Shown here: one piece after another, positions 7,643 through 16,875 of the stretch | How the letters are laid out: each line of letters opens with the position of its first letter | How positions within the stretch are numbered: the first letter of the stretch is position 1 | Assembly: GCA_044221725.1 (NCBI GenBank) | Contig: JBGAON010000004.1 | Span: 221,019 to 285,018 of the forward strand | DNA from: Elusimicrobiota bacterium | GTDB lineage: Bacteria > Elusimicrobiota > Elusimicrobia > F11 | Direction: 5' to 3' | Length of the DNA stretch: 64,000 bases | Translations under genes and position numbers: made by a program | The notes under the pieces: model-generated | What the model was told of the DNA's origin: nothing | What the model saw: the letters and a program-made list of their open reading frames with translations, nothing else | The model's database searches: none

Positions 7643-10600
7643 TTAGTGGAAGTTGTGACTGACCACGGGGGGTGCGGCGATGGGAGAAAGTTTTGTCACG
7701 CGCACGGAGCACAGGTCGGCGGTTTTTTGGAGGACGCCTTCGATTATGATGGCGCCGGCTTCGAGTAGCGTGGCGCGGTAGCTGTCGAACAAATCGGGGC
7801 GCACGATGCCTTGCACCATGCCGAACTCGTCTTCGAGCGTGAGAAATACAAAACCTTTCGCGGTGCCGGGACGTTGCCGAACGATGACGGCGCCGGCCGT
7901 TTTTACGTAGGTACCGTCTTTTATTTTTAGAAGGTCGTTCGTTGCTAGCACGCCGTCGCGCGTGAGTCGTTCGCGTTCGTGCTCGAGAAAATGCGCGCCG
8001 ACCGTGAGAAACGTCGTGCGGTAATCGGCTTTGGTTTTTTCGCGCGCGGACATTTCGGTGAGCGGCGAATCGTTCGGTTGTTTCAGCCGATCAAAAATGG
8101 GGCCCGGTGACCGGTTCACTTGCGCCACTTGCCACAACGCGGCGCGACGTTCGAGACCGAACGATCCGAACGCGCCCGCATGAGCGAGGTTTGTGAGCTC
8201 ATCGGGCTTCGCTCCACAGCGGCGTGCCAAATCTTGCACGCCGTCAAACGGATGCTGCGCGCGTTCGTGGGCGATGTGCCGCGCCAGCGTTTCGCGCAAA
8301 CCTTTTACGAAACGCAAACCGACGCGGAACGATTGATGGTCGCGCGTAGTGCCCTCGAGTTCGCATTCCCAAAACGAATAATTCACATCGATTGGATAAA
8401 CCTCCACGCCATGACGTTGCGCGTCTTTGACGAGCGTGGCCGGCGAATAAAATCCCATGGGCCACGCGTTCAAGATTGATGCGGTGAACGCGGCCGGGTG
8501 ATGCGCTTTCAAATACGCGCTCGCGTACGCAATCAGCGCGAACGACGCCGCGTGCGATTCGGGAAATCCGTACAACGCGAACGCCGTGATGAGATCGGTA
8601 ATTTTGTTTTGCGCGGCCCCGGTAATGCCGTTTTTTTCCATGCCGGCGCGCACCCGCTTTTCAATCGCTTCCATGCGCTCTTCGGAACGTTTAAATCCAA
8701 TCGCCCGTCGCAATTCTTCGGCTTCGCCACCGGTGAAACCGGCCGCAACCATCGCCATGCGAATTATTTGTTCTTGAAAAAGCGGCACGCCGAGCGTGCG
8801 TTTAAGAATGGGCTCCAAGCACGGATGCAAATATTCGACGGATGCTTTACCGGCACGCCGCTCAAAAAACGGGTGCACCATGCCGCCCACAATTGGCCCG
8901 GGTCGAATGATCGCCACTTGCGTCACAAGATCATAAAAGCGCGTGGGCGCCGTGCGTGGCAGGGACGCCATCTGCGCGCGGCTTTCCACTTGAAACACAC
9001 CGACCGTGTCGGCCGCGCGCAACATTTCAAACACTTTCGGATCGTCTTGCGGCAAATGCGCGAGATCGACGTGCACATTTTCATGTCGGAGAATGCGCGG
9101 TAGCGCGTCTTCAATCGCGGCCAACATGCCGAGTCCGAGCAAATCAATTTTGATGAGGCCCAAATCCGCGCAATCTTCTTTGTCCCATTGAATCACGACG
9201 CGGCCCGGCATCGTTGCTTTTTCGAGCGGAACGATCTCGTCCAATCGGTTGCGGGCGAGCACCATGCCGCCCGAGTGTTGGCCCAGATGGCGCGGCAGTC
9301 CCAACAGGCGCAACCACTGGCCGATCATGCGGCGCACGCGCGGATCGTTCGGATCCAAACCGGCGCCCACAATGCGCGACGCGAGCAGCCCCGGTCGACT
9401 TTTGATTTCGCTCGGCTCGAGCGCACCCACGAAACTCGACAGCTTGCCCACCTGTTCGAGTGAATAACCAAAAGCTTTGCTCACATCGCGAATCGCGGAT
9501 TTTCCGCGGTACGTGATCACGTTCGCGGTCATCGCCGCGCCGTGCACGCCGTACTTCTCGTACAAATGTTGAATCACGCGTTCGCGTTGATTGCCCGACG
9601 GCAAATCCAAATCGATGTCGGGCCACTCGCCGCGTTCTTCGGACAAAAATCGCTCGAACAGCAAATCCATTTTGATCGGATCAATCGCCGTGATGGAAAG
9701 CGCGTAACACACGGCGCTGTTCGCGGCCGACCCCCGTCCTTGCACAAGAATCTTTTTTTCCTGACAGAACTCGACGATGTCGCGCACGATGAGAAAGTAA
9801 CCGGCCAAATTTAATTTCTCGATCACGTCCAACTCTTTCGCAATTTGCGCGCGCGCCCGCTCCGTGAGCGGTGTGAACCGTTCTTCGGCGCAGCGCCATG
9901 TGAGTCGGCGTAAATACGAGATCGGTGTGTCGCCTTTGGGTAACGGATAATCGGGGAATTCATAACCGAGGTCGGCCAGCGTGAACCGCAGCCGCTCGCC
10001 GAGTTCGGTAGTGCCGCGCAATGCTTCGGGAAGATCGGAAAAATACGCGTTCATCTCGGCCGCGCTTTTCACGTGACGTTCGCGGTTCACGGCGAGGAGA
10101 GCCCGTGATGCATCAAGCGTGGTGCCGTGACGAACGCAGGTCATCACATCGAACAATTCTTTGTTCGCGCGCCGCGCGTAACGCGTGCCGTTCGTGGCCA
10201 CGAGCGGAAGTTTTTCGTGCGCCGCGAGCGCGACCAGCGTTTGGTTGCGACGTTCTTGATCGCGCCGGTGGTGACGTTGAATTTCCATATGCAATCGGCC
10301 TGCGTAAATGGAGGACAACCGGTCCACTAGTTTCGGGAGCGTTTCGTGCGGCGTGTTTAAGGACGGCGTGAGCAGTTGATGAAACGGTCCTTCATCGCCG
10401 CCGGTCAAACAATGAAGTCCATCGGCGTACAGCGCCAGCTGTTCCCAGGTGGCGGCCGATTTTCCTTTTTCGCTCGCGAGCGCGGCCGTGGTGAGAAGGC
10501 GGCACAAATTTTTGTAACCGGTGCGGTTTTCGACCAAAAGCGTCAGCCGCGACCGCAACGCGGACGGCCCCAGTTCTTCAAGATTTAATGTGACCTCGGC

Positions 10601-10798
10601 GCCCACGAGCGCGCGCACGTTCGCGCGTCGCGCGGCCTGATAAAAGCGCGGCGCGCCATACACGCCGTCTTTATCGACGAGCGCAATCGCCGACAAATTT
10701 TTTTCAACCGCGGCCTCAATCAATGTTTCCGGTTCCGACGCGCCTTCGAGAAAAGAAAACGCCGATGCCGCGTGCAGTTCAATGTACGGAGCGTTCAT
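7643..10798 (-). CDS. dnaE2: error-prone DNA polymerase III alpha-like subunit DnaE2 (ImuC)
   Basis: Start taken at MNAPYIELHAASAFSFLEGAS (PHP domain). This ATG shares one nucleotide with the imuB stop (TGATG). The 41-codon upstream extension in the track was rejected. Confidence 0.95.
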   Translation of the reverse strand: MNAPYIELHAASAFSFLEGASEPETLIEAAVEKNLSAIALVDKDGVYGAPRFYQAARRANVRALVGAEVTLNLEELGPSALRSRLTLLVENRTGYKNLCRLLTTAALASEKGKSAATWEQLALYADGLHCLTGGDEGPFHQLLTPSLNTPHETLPKLVDRLSSIYAGRLHMEIQRHHRRDQERRNQTLVALAAHEKLPLVATNGTRYARRANKELFDVMTCVRHGTTLDASRALLAVNRERHVKSAAEMNAYFSDLPEALRGTTELGERLRFTLADLGYEFPDYPLPKGDTPISYLRRLTWRCAEERFTPLTERARAQIAKELDVIEKLNLAGYFLIVRDIVEFCQEKKILVQGRGSAANSAVCYALSITAIDPIKMDLLFERFLSEERGEWPDIDLDLPSGNQRERVIQHLYEKYGVHGAAMTANVITYRGKSAIRDVSKAFGYSLEQVGKLSSFVGALEPSEIKSRPGLLASRIVGAGLDPNDPRVRRMIGQWLRLLGLPRHLGQHSGGMVLARNRLDEIVPLEKATMPGRVVIQWDKEDCADLGLIKIDLLGLGMLAAIEDALPRILRHENVHVDLAHLPQDDPKVFEMLRAADTVGVFQVESRAQMASLPRTAPTRFYDLVTQVAIIRPGPIVGGMVHPFFERRAGKASVEYLHPCLEPILKRTLGVPLFQEQIIRMAMVAAGFTGGEAEELRRAIGFKRSEERMEAIEKRVRAGMEKNGITGAAQNKITDLITAFALYGFPESHAASFALIAYASAYLKAHHPAAFTASILNAWPMGFYSPATLVKDAQRHGVEVYPIDVNYSFWECELEGTTRDHQSFRVGLRFVKGLRETLARHIAHERAQHPFDGVQDLARRCGAKPDELTNLAHAGAFGSFGLERRAALWQVAQVNRSPGPIFDRLKQPNDSPLTEMSAREKTKADYRTTFLTVGAHFLEHERERLTRDGVLATNDLLKIKDGTYVKTAGAVIVRQRPGTAKGFVFLTLEDEFGMVQGIVRPDLFDSYRATLLEAGAIIIEGVLQKTADLCSVRVTKLSPIAAPPVVSHNFH

Positions 10799-12303
10799 CA
10801 GTCGTACATCCCGTCGACAAACCACGCGTTGCGCACGGAATCGTGATAAATGCGGTAAAGCGAACGGTCGCTGAGCGCCACGTCCCAATACGCGCGCCGT
10901 TCCAATGTTTCGGTCCACCACGCGTCTTCAATAAGCCACGGGCCGGCCGCGCGTTCCACGGTTCCTTCGATGCGGTAGCGGTCCGCGTGTTTTGTGCGCA
11001 CGCGCACCGGTCGTTGCGGGGATCCGTTCACAAGCACATCAATCGGAACAGCCGGGCGGAACACACGCACTTCGGCGAGCGTGCGAGAAGAAGGAATCTT
11101 TTTTTCGTCAAAGAACAATTTTTCGGTCGGCGGCCGGAACGGTTGTAACGCGAAGCGTTCGGGGCACGGACCGTCAACCGCGCGCGGTGACCCCACGCGG
11201 TCCGCGCCGAGCATCGCGACGAGCCGCGCCGTGGCCGTGTTCAGTGCATCGTTTGACAATGCGGGCGGACCAAACAACGACAATTGTTGCGCGCGCGGAC
11301 GCTCGGGTTCAACGCTCACGCGAATCATGGAGACCGGCCCGGTCAACGGACGCCGTTCGAGCTCCGCGCGAATCAGTGTGAGCAACACCGCGCTGTCGCG
11401 TGTGGGCGCCGGCAAATCGAGCGCGCGTTGTTCGTGTCCTTGCGGTTCGATGCGCATAAAAATTTCGAGACGGCGACACGCGAGTGCTTGTAGATTCAAT
11501 CGCGCCAACAAACGCTCGAGCAAACCGCGTAGCGCGATGAGAAATGGCTCCATCTCCCCGATTTCCCATTCGAGTTCGACGCCTTCCACGTACGTGAGCG
11601 TGTGCGGACGTGGTACGAGCGGCTCGGCGTCCCCGCCGCGCGCTTGTTTGTGGAGTTGCCCACCTTCTTTGCCGAGCCGCACGAGCACATCGCGCTCGGA
11701 CAATTTCGCGAAGTCACCAATCGTGCGCACGCCCCACTTTTCAAACAAATTTGACAACGCGAGCGAAAGCGGCAATTGCTCGATCGGCAGCGCATCGAGA
11801 AACTTTCGTTCGTGGCCGGCTTCGACAACAATCACGTCGCGCGCGCGCTGCGCCGCGATGCGCGCAACGAGTTTGCTGCTGGCCGCGCCCGCGCGCACGA
11901 ACAAGTCCAATTTGCGCGCGCGTCGCACCGCGTTGTCGGCCAAAAATTGTTCGTGCGAATCCTGATAGGTGTCCAAGTAAACAATTCCGTCGCCGCCATC
12001 TTCGACGCGCGGCGAAAACGCTTCGGCCACTTCAATGAGCGCTCGTTGGCAGCCTTTCTCGGCTTCGGCATCGCGCGCGCGGAATGCTACGTGCGGCGCA
12101 ATCGCTTTCGCTTGCGGAATCGAAAGTCCGACGAACAGGCCGGCGGCTTCGGCGGAGGGGGAAATAGAAGCCACACGCGCCTGAGGGGTGGTGCCACTCA
12201 CCATGGCCACGGGTTCCGAGCGACGCTCCGGGTTCGCGCGCACGTACGCGGCCCACGGGAAGCACGGGATATAGAGACAAAGCAATCGTGTGGAAGATAC
12301 CAT
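10798..12303 (-). CDS. imuB: ImuB, Y-family polymerase-like mutasome subunit
   Basis: 501 aa with LLCLYIPCFPWAAY at the N-terminus. It sits between imuA and dnaE2 in the canonical cassette order. Confidence 0.9.
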   Translation of the reverse strand: MVSSTRLLCLYIPCFPWAAYVRANPERRSEPVAMVSGTTPQARVASISPSAEAAGLFVGLSIPQAKAIAPHVAFRARDAEAEKGCQRALIEVAEAFSPRVEDGGDGIVYLDTYQDSHEQFLADNAVRRARKLDLFVRAGAASSKLVARIAAQRARDVIVVEAGHERKFLDALPIEQLPLSLALSNLFEKWGVRTIGDFAKLSERDVLVRLGKEGGQLHKQARGGDAEPLVPRPHTLTYVEGVELEWEIGEMEPFLIALRGLLERLLARLNLQALACRRLEIFMRIEPQGHEQRALDLPAPTRDSAVLLTLIRAELERRPLTGPVSMIRVSVEPERPRAQQLSLFGPPALSNDALNTATARLVAMLGADRVGSPRAVDGPCPERFALQPFRPPTEKLFFDEKKIPSSRTLAEVRVFRPAVPIDVLVNGSPQRPVRVRTKHADRYRIEGTVERAAGPWLIEDAWWTETLERRAYWDVALSDRSLYRIYHDSVRNAWFVDGMYD

Positions 12304-12312
12304 CGCACGCTC

Positions 12313-13023
12313 TCACGTGTTCGGTCGAACCGCGAGCGACAAACGTTTTGGTCGCGTGAGCGCGGCGCCGCGTTGGCGGATCATTTTCATTTGTACGGAC
12401 AGCCCTTCGAGCAACTGCCACGAACTTGTGGGGTTTGTCCAATGGCTCGCGAGCGCGGACGTTTCGATGCACAGGTCGGCCGCCGTGCTCGCAATTCGGT
12501 GCGGCGAGAAAACAAACGCAATGCTGTCGTGTGTTTTCGTTTCGCGCGCGATGCGCCGCCATGCGGCGTCGTTCGTGGGGGCGAGCCTCATTGGTTTAAT
12601 CCCTAAGTCCAACATCACCATGCGGAAGCCGGCGTTCAGAACAATTTCGGTGCTTTTAAGCGCGTCGGTGAATTTCATGGGTCGCACCCAAAATACGTGC
12701 TCGAGTTGCACGCCCGCGTCTTGGGCGCCCGTCGGATCAAAATGATCGCCCCAATCGATGAGCGCGGCGTTTTCTCCGCTAGAGGTGGCCGCGGCCAAAA
12801 GCGCGATCTCCAGTGAAAATTTTCCGCTGGATCCGTTGCCGGTGATTTCGACGAGAGAGCCGCGCGGCAAGCCGCCGTTCAATTGATCGAACGCGGGCAC
12901 GCGGCTTAAAAAAACCGGGCGTTGATGTTCGGTGTGGCGGGCGTTTAAGAAATAACTTCCGGTGTTCAGGACGCTCGGTTCAAACGACGCCAACAACTTT
13001 GCTAATGATTCGGCCGTGTTCAT
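12313..13023 (-). CDS. imuA: ImuA-like RecA-fold/SulA-like mutasome subunit
   Basis: Contains LNGGLPRGSLVEITGNGSSGKFSLEIALLAAA. ATG 13023 with AAGGAA SD 7 nt upstream is preferred over the TTG at 13092. Confidence 0.8.
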   Translation of the reverse strand: MNTAESLAKLLASFEPSVLNTGSYFLNARHTEHQRPVFLSRVPAFDQLNGGLPRGSLVEITGNGSSGKFSLEIALLAAATSSGENAALIDWGDHFDPTGAQDAGVQLEHVFWVRPMKFTDALKSTEIVLNAGFRMVMLDLGIKPMRLAPTNDAAWRRIARETKTHDSIAFVFSPHRIASTAADLCIETSALASHWTNPTSSWQLLEGLSVQMKMIRQRGAALTRPKRLSLAVRPNT

Positions 13024-13041
13024 GCGATGATTCCTTGTGGC

Positions 13042-13060
13042 TCGAACCGAGGGTTTTCGA
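13042..13060. promoter_or_regulatory. palindrome TCGAA-N9-TTCGA immediately upstream of the imuA SD
   Basis: TCGAACCGAGGGTTTTCGA. Possible SOS/LexA-type operator. It does not match any canonical LexA box I know. Confidence 0.25.
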
Positions 13061-13114
13061 GGTGCAGAAAAGATTATCGCAAATGAAGTCAAGTGCTGCT
13101 GCCAACGGAGCGCA

Positions 13115-13735
13115 TCAATGTTCGGTCGGAATTTTTTTGATGAGCTTTGCGATAATGCGCAAATCGTTCACGAACGCGGCGTGTTCGCGGTGGCGCGCCG
13201 CATCGTCGGGGGCGCGTAGAATGGAAGACGGGTGAACCGTCGCGATCACGACCGGTGCCCATTTTGATGCCACCGGTTTGCCGCGACTTTTCGTCACGCG
13301 AAAATCTTTTCCGAGCAACGTTTGCGCGGCGGTCGATCCCAAACACACGAGTACTTTTGGTTTGAGCGCCGCGAGTTCGGCTTCGAGCCACGGCATGCAC
13401 GCTTGGATTTCAATACGGTTCGGTTTCTGGTGAATGCGACGCTGGCCGCGCGGTTCCCATTTGAAATGTTTGATGGTGTTCGTGACGTAAGCCGCGCTGC
13501 GATCAATGCCCGCTTCTTCGAGCGCTGCATCGAGCAGTGCGCCGGCCGGGCCCACAAACGGTTTGCCCGCGAGATCTTCTTTGTCGCCGGGTTGTTCGCC
13601 CACAAACATCACGGTGGCCGTGCTTTTTCCTTCACCGAAAACAGTTTGCGTTCCCGTTTTCCACAAATGACAAGCGCGGCAACCGGCGGCCTTTTTGCGC
13701 AACGCATCAAGCGTGCCACGAACGAGCGTGTCCAT
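13115..13735 (-). CDS. udgX: family-4 uracil-DNA glycosylase superfamily protein, UdgX-like
   Basis: Motif A is VGEQPG and motif B is VHPSS. Fe-S cysteines are present (CRAC..). It carries the UdgX-specific loop GQRRIHQKP (RRIH at 13430-13441). Confidence 0.8.
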   Translation of the reverse strand: MDTLVRGTLDALRKKAAGCRACHLWKTGTQTVFGEGKSTATVMFVGEQPGDKEDLAGKPFVGPAGALLDAALEEAGIDRSAAYVTNTIKHFKWEPRGQRRIHQKPNRIEIQACMPWLEAELAALKPKVLVCLGSTAAQTLLGKDFRVTKSRGKPVASKWAPVVIATVHPSSILRAPDDAARHREHAAFVNDLRIIAKLIKKIPTEH

Positions 13736-13783
13736 GGCTGTGTTACGAAAGAAATGTTTTTTGGTTGGCTAAGAGAGGAAAGA

Positions 13784-13942
13784 CTATTTCGTTACGAAAA
13801 GCTTGGTAACTTTTCCATTTTTCCAGACAATCATTGGAAGTCCGGCGCGCTTGTGATCTTCTTTTACTTTCACGGCCACTTCTCTTAAAGCTTTTTCCGC
13901 TTTTTTAAAGAGTAAAGGCTTGGTAATTTTCTTTTTTTTCAT
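13784..13942 (-). CDS. candidate 52-aa lysine-rich small protein
   Basis: Below the track cutoff. Sequence: MKKKKITKPLLFKKAEKALREVAVKVKEDHKRAGLPMIVWKNGKVTKLFVTK. GGTGGG SD upstream. Confidence 0.35.
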   Translation of the reverse strand: MKKKKITKPLLFKKAEKALREVAVKVKEDHKRAGLPMIVWKNGKVTKLFVTK

Positions 13943-13996
13943 TGTCCCACCACGTACAAATGACGTTGCGAGTCGCTAATGGTTATTGCTCCGTCA

Positions 13997-14611
13997 TCAC
14001 AACTTCAGCGTTTCTGCGACGGACGTGATCGGGTTTGGTAGGATTTTTTTGAGCAGGCCGTCTTGCAGGCTATAGGCCCAGCCGTGCACGGCCAGTTTGC
14101 GTTCTTTCCACGCGCCTTCGACGATCGTTGACTCGCACACGTTGCGCACTTGTTCGATGATGTTTAGTTCGCACAAGCGTTGCGCGCGCGCGTCATCGTT
14201 TTTCAGTTTCGCGAGCTCATCGGAAAATTTGTCGCGCACGTCGGCCAAATGACGCAGCCAATTGTTCACGAGCCCCATGTCACGTTTTTCAATGACCGCT
14301 CGCACGCCGCCGCATCCGTAATGGCCGCACACAATAATGTGCTCCACCTTCAAAACATCCACAGCGAACTGAATGACCGACAAACAGTTCAGATCGGTGT
14401 GAACCACGAGATTTGCCACGTTGCGGTGCACGAACATCTCGCCGGGCAGAAGCCCCACTATTTCGTTGGCGGGCACGCGGCTATCGGAGCAGCCGATCCA
14501 CAGATGTTTCGGCGCTTGTTGTTCGGAAAGCCGCCGAAAAAAATTCGCGTCTTGTTGCGTCATGCGCTTCGACCACGCACGGTTGTTCTCAAAAAGGTTT
14601 TCTAGTTTCAT
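13997..14611 (-). CDS. can: beta-class carbonic anhydrase
   Basis: Contains WIGCSDSRVPANE, FVHRNVANLV and VCGHYGCGG. Close to E. coli Can along the whole length. Confidence 0.95.
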   Translation of the reverse strand: MKLENLFENNRAWSKRMTQQDANFFRRLSEQQAPKHLWIGCSDSRVPANEIVGLLPGEMFVHRNVANLVVHTDLNCLSVIQFAVDVLKVEHIIVCGHYGCGGVRAVIEKRDMGLVNNWLRHLADVRDKFSDELAKLKNDDARAQRLCELNIIEQVRNVCESTIVEGAWKERKLAVHGWAYSLQDGLLKKILPNPITSVAETLKL

Positions 14612-14640
14612 GGCGGCGATTCTAATTTGTTTTGGAGAGA

Positions 14641-16587
14641 TTAACGAATAACGGCGAGCGTGCCGCGTTGATGCGAGCCCACGGCATCGGTGAGATAAAA
14701 ATAAAGACCGGCGGCCACCTGTTCACCGTGATCGTTCGTGAGATCCCAGTTCGCCACGCCGGCGGCAGGTTGAACGCGGCGCACGAATTTTCCGGCCACC
14801 GTAAAAATTTTTACTTCTTTTTCGGAGACGCCATAAAAATTAATGCCGCCCGTGTCTTTGCCGGCGGTCCATGGGTTGGGCCCCACTTTGAATTCGGAAA
14901 TGGTGAGCGGGGGCGACGGTGATGCCGGCACTTCGGGAATGCTCGGCGCACCCGGTAATGAGGGGGGTGTTGGCCCTGCAACAATTGCATAGTTTTGGCC
15001 GATGCGCGTGCCCGAGGTTGGATTGATGACGCCCATTGCGAATGTTGCGGGGCGCGCGACGAGTTCCGCCGGAATCGACGCGCGCAGTTCTTGCGCGCTG
15101 ACAAACTGGGGCGTGAGGTCGCGGCCGTTAAATCGCACGAGGCTTGCCGGTTCGAATCCGTTTCCCAAAACCGCGAGCATGAACGCCGGCGCGCCCGCCG
15201 AAACGGCCGGCGGAACCACCGACGTAAGCGTCGGGTTGCCCACCACATAAAAGTCGAGCGTTGATGACAAGCGCGCGTTCTGCACAACATTCACGCGGCG
15301 GCGTCCTTGTTTTTGCAGATGGGTCGCCGGAATCAAAACTTTGATCAGCGTGGGCTCGACCGAGATCGGCGCAAACGGGGCGCCTGCAAAGAGCACCATG
15401 TCGCTGGAGCTGAAACCGCTACCGGAAATTGAAACGATCGTGTCCCCGCTCGCTGTTTTTACCGCGGACGGTTGCAAAACGGTCAGTTGGGAACCGCTCG
15501 GCGGCGACGCGGGCACCGCGAGTCGTGGACAGTCGCCGCGCACGTGCGGTGTGAACCAATTCCATAGCGCGGCGTCGCCGGTGTTCAAGTGCCACAGATC
15601 GATGGCCGGAACATCTTTGCTCATCAACAGCTGCACGCGTTTTTGCGTGCCCATCGCGTCGTCGACCCAAATTTCGTGAACGGAGTTGTCCGGGGCCGTG
15701 TACTGAAAGTGCAACGTGTCTTCGACCGGATCGCGAACAGGAGTGATATTGCGGTCGCGAGCAATCTGCATGGCGTCTTCAAACCGAATTAATTTCCCAG
15801 ACCCTCGCGGCGAGACGGGCCAATCCCATCCGTAAAGACTTAAAAGAATGCGGGCCTTGTTCGCGGGAATCTTGTACGTGGGGTTTGTCAGGATCGTGTC
15901 GGCCAATTTTCCGAGCATCGCGTACGTGATCACCGGCCCGGGCGGGCTTGTGTTGTACGAATAGTAATAGGCCATCACGCGCAAATAGTCGACATAGGGT
16001 TCGATCCCTTTCCAATCCACGGTGTGACCCTGTTCGCCGCCGCCCGGCGTTTTTGGTTGAACCACGGCCGCCAGGCGTTTCTCTGCGGGCAGCGCCGCGC
16101 GCAGCTCTTGCATGAATTGCGTTAACAACGGCGTTGTCGCACGCAGCACATGCTCGTAATCGATTTCGATGCCTTGGCCCAACGCGCTGATCGCCACAAT
16201 TTCTTTAATGTGTTGCGCGCGTTGCACCGGATCGGACAGCACACGTTGAAGCATGGCGCTGTCCCCAAGGTCGGCACAGGGCCCCGGTGTCGCGCTTAGT
16301 TCGTTCACGATATCGATGAGAATAAGACGGTTCGGATCATTAACGAGTTCGCGGGAAATATCATCTTCCCAGGTGCTCTTTGGCTCCAAATGACAAGAGC
16401 CATTGAACTGATACGAGAAGACGTTGATCGCTTGGTAATTGGAACCTTGTTCGTTGATGGTGGATTCACCGCGAACTTGGTCTGTAATATAACTCGCCGA
16501 GCAAAACGTATCGGCCGCCCAGCCTGGCGGCAAGGCGGCCTCGAACAACCACACGCACCAAAAAAAATTCGGAAGCGAGCGGAACAC
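14641..16587 (-). CDS. secreted GH18-like protein with IPT/TIG repeats and a T9SS type-A/FlgD-Ig-like C-terminal domain
   Basis: Has a signal peptide and a GH18-like motif GQGIEIDYEH. Two IPT-like segments are present (TVLQPSAVKTASGDTIVSISGSGF..). The C-terminus is GPNPW..VKIFTVAGKFVR..WDLTNDHGEQVAAGLYFY. Confidence 0.8.
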   Translation of the reverse strand: MFRSLPNFFWCVWLFEAALPPGWAADTFCSASYITDQVRGESTINEQGSNYQAINVFSYQFNGSCHLEPKSTWEDDISRELVNDPNRLILIDIVNELSATPGPCADLGDSAMLQRVLSDPVQRAQHIKEIVAISALGQGIEIDYEHVLRATTPLLTQFMQELRAALPAEKRLAAVVQPKTPGGGEQGHTVDWKGIEPYVDYLRVMAYYYSYNTSPPGPVITYAMLGKLADTILTNPTYKIPANKARILLSLYGWDWPVSPRGSGKLIRFEDAMQIARDRNITPVRDPVEDTLHFQYTAPDNSVHEIWVDDAMGTQKRVQLLMSKDVPAIDLWHLNTGDAALWNWFTPHVRGDCPRLAVPASPPSGSQLTVLQPSAVKTASGDTIVSISGSGFSSSDMVLFAGAPFAPISVEPTLIKVLIPATHLQKQGRRRVNVVQNARLSSTLDFYVVGNPTLTSVVPPAVSAGAPAFMLAVLGNGFEPASLVRFNGRDLTPQFVSAQELRASIPAELVARPATFAMGVINPTSGTRIGQNYAIVAGPTPPSLPGAPSIPEVPASPSPPLTISEFKVGPNPWTAGKDTGGINFYGVSEKEVKIFTVAGKFVRRVQPAAGVANWDLTNDHGEQVAAGLYFYLTDAVGSHQRGTLAVIR

Positions 16588-16598
16588 GAATTCGTTGA

Positions 16599-16817
16599 TT
16601 AGCGGTTTGTGGAGCCTGAGTTCGTTGTACCGGACGGCGACCCCGTGGGGCCAGAGGTGCCGGTATCGGAACCGGTGGTTCCGCCCGACGTGGGCGCTTG
16701 AGAGGTACCACCGTACCCCTGATTTTGGGTGGCGCTACCGGTATTGTTACTCGAACTCGGTTGGCAACCGGTAATGCCGATCGCGGCCAATGCCACAATT
16801 GTTAACAGTTTATTCAT
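16599..16817 (-). CDS. small S/T/G-rich lipoprotein
   Basis: Signal peptide plus lipobox in MNKLLTIVALAAIGITGC. The remainder is low-complexity. Confidence 0.6.
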   Translation of the reverse strand: MNKLLTIVALAAIGITGCQPSSSNNTGSATQNQGYGGTSQAPTSGGTTGSDTGTSGPTGSPSGTTNSGSTNR

Positions 16818-16875
16818 AAGACACTCCTTCGATTGACTGCTAACACTACGGATCGCGGGAACGGTGGTTCAGCGT

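Noticed and set aside
10799-10921. 41-codon N-terminal extension of dnaE2 in the ORF track
   Set aside because: The extension would overlap the imuB 3' end by 124 nt and is R-rich. The conserved PHP-domain N-terminus begins at the ATG at 10798, which is coupled to the imuB stop.
13024-13114. Canonical LexA boxes (CTGT-N8-ACAG, GAAC-N4-GTTC, GTTC-N7-GTTC)
   Set aside because: None are present upstream of imuA. Only the non-canonical TCGAA-N9-TTCGA palindrome was retained as a low-confidence candidate.
15149-15159. tRNA T-loop-like GGTTCGAATCC
   Set aside because: It lies inside a well-supported CDS. The flanks do not form a T-stem or acceptor stem.
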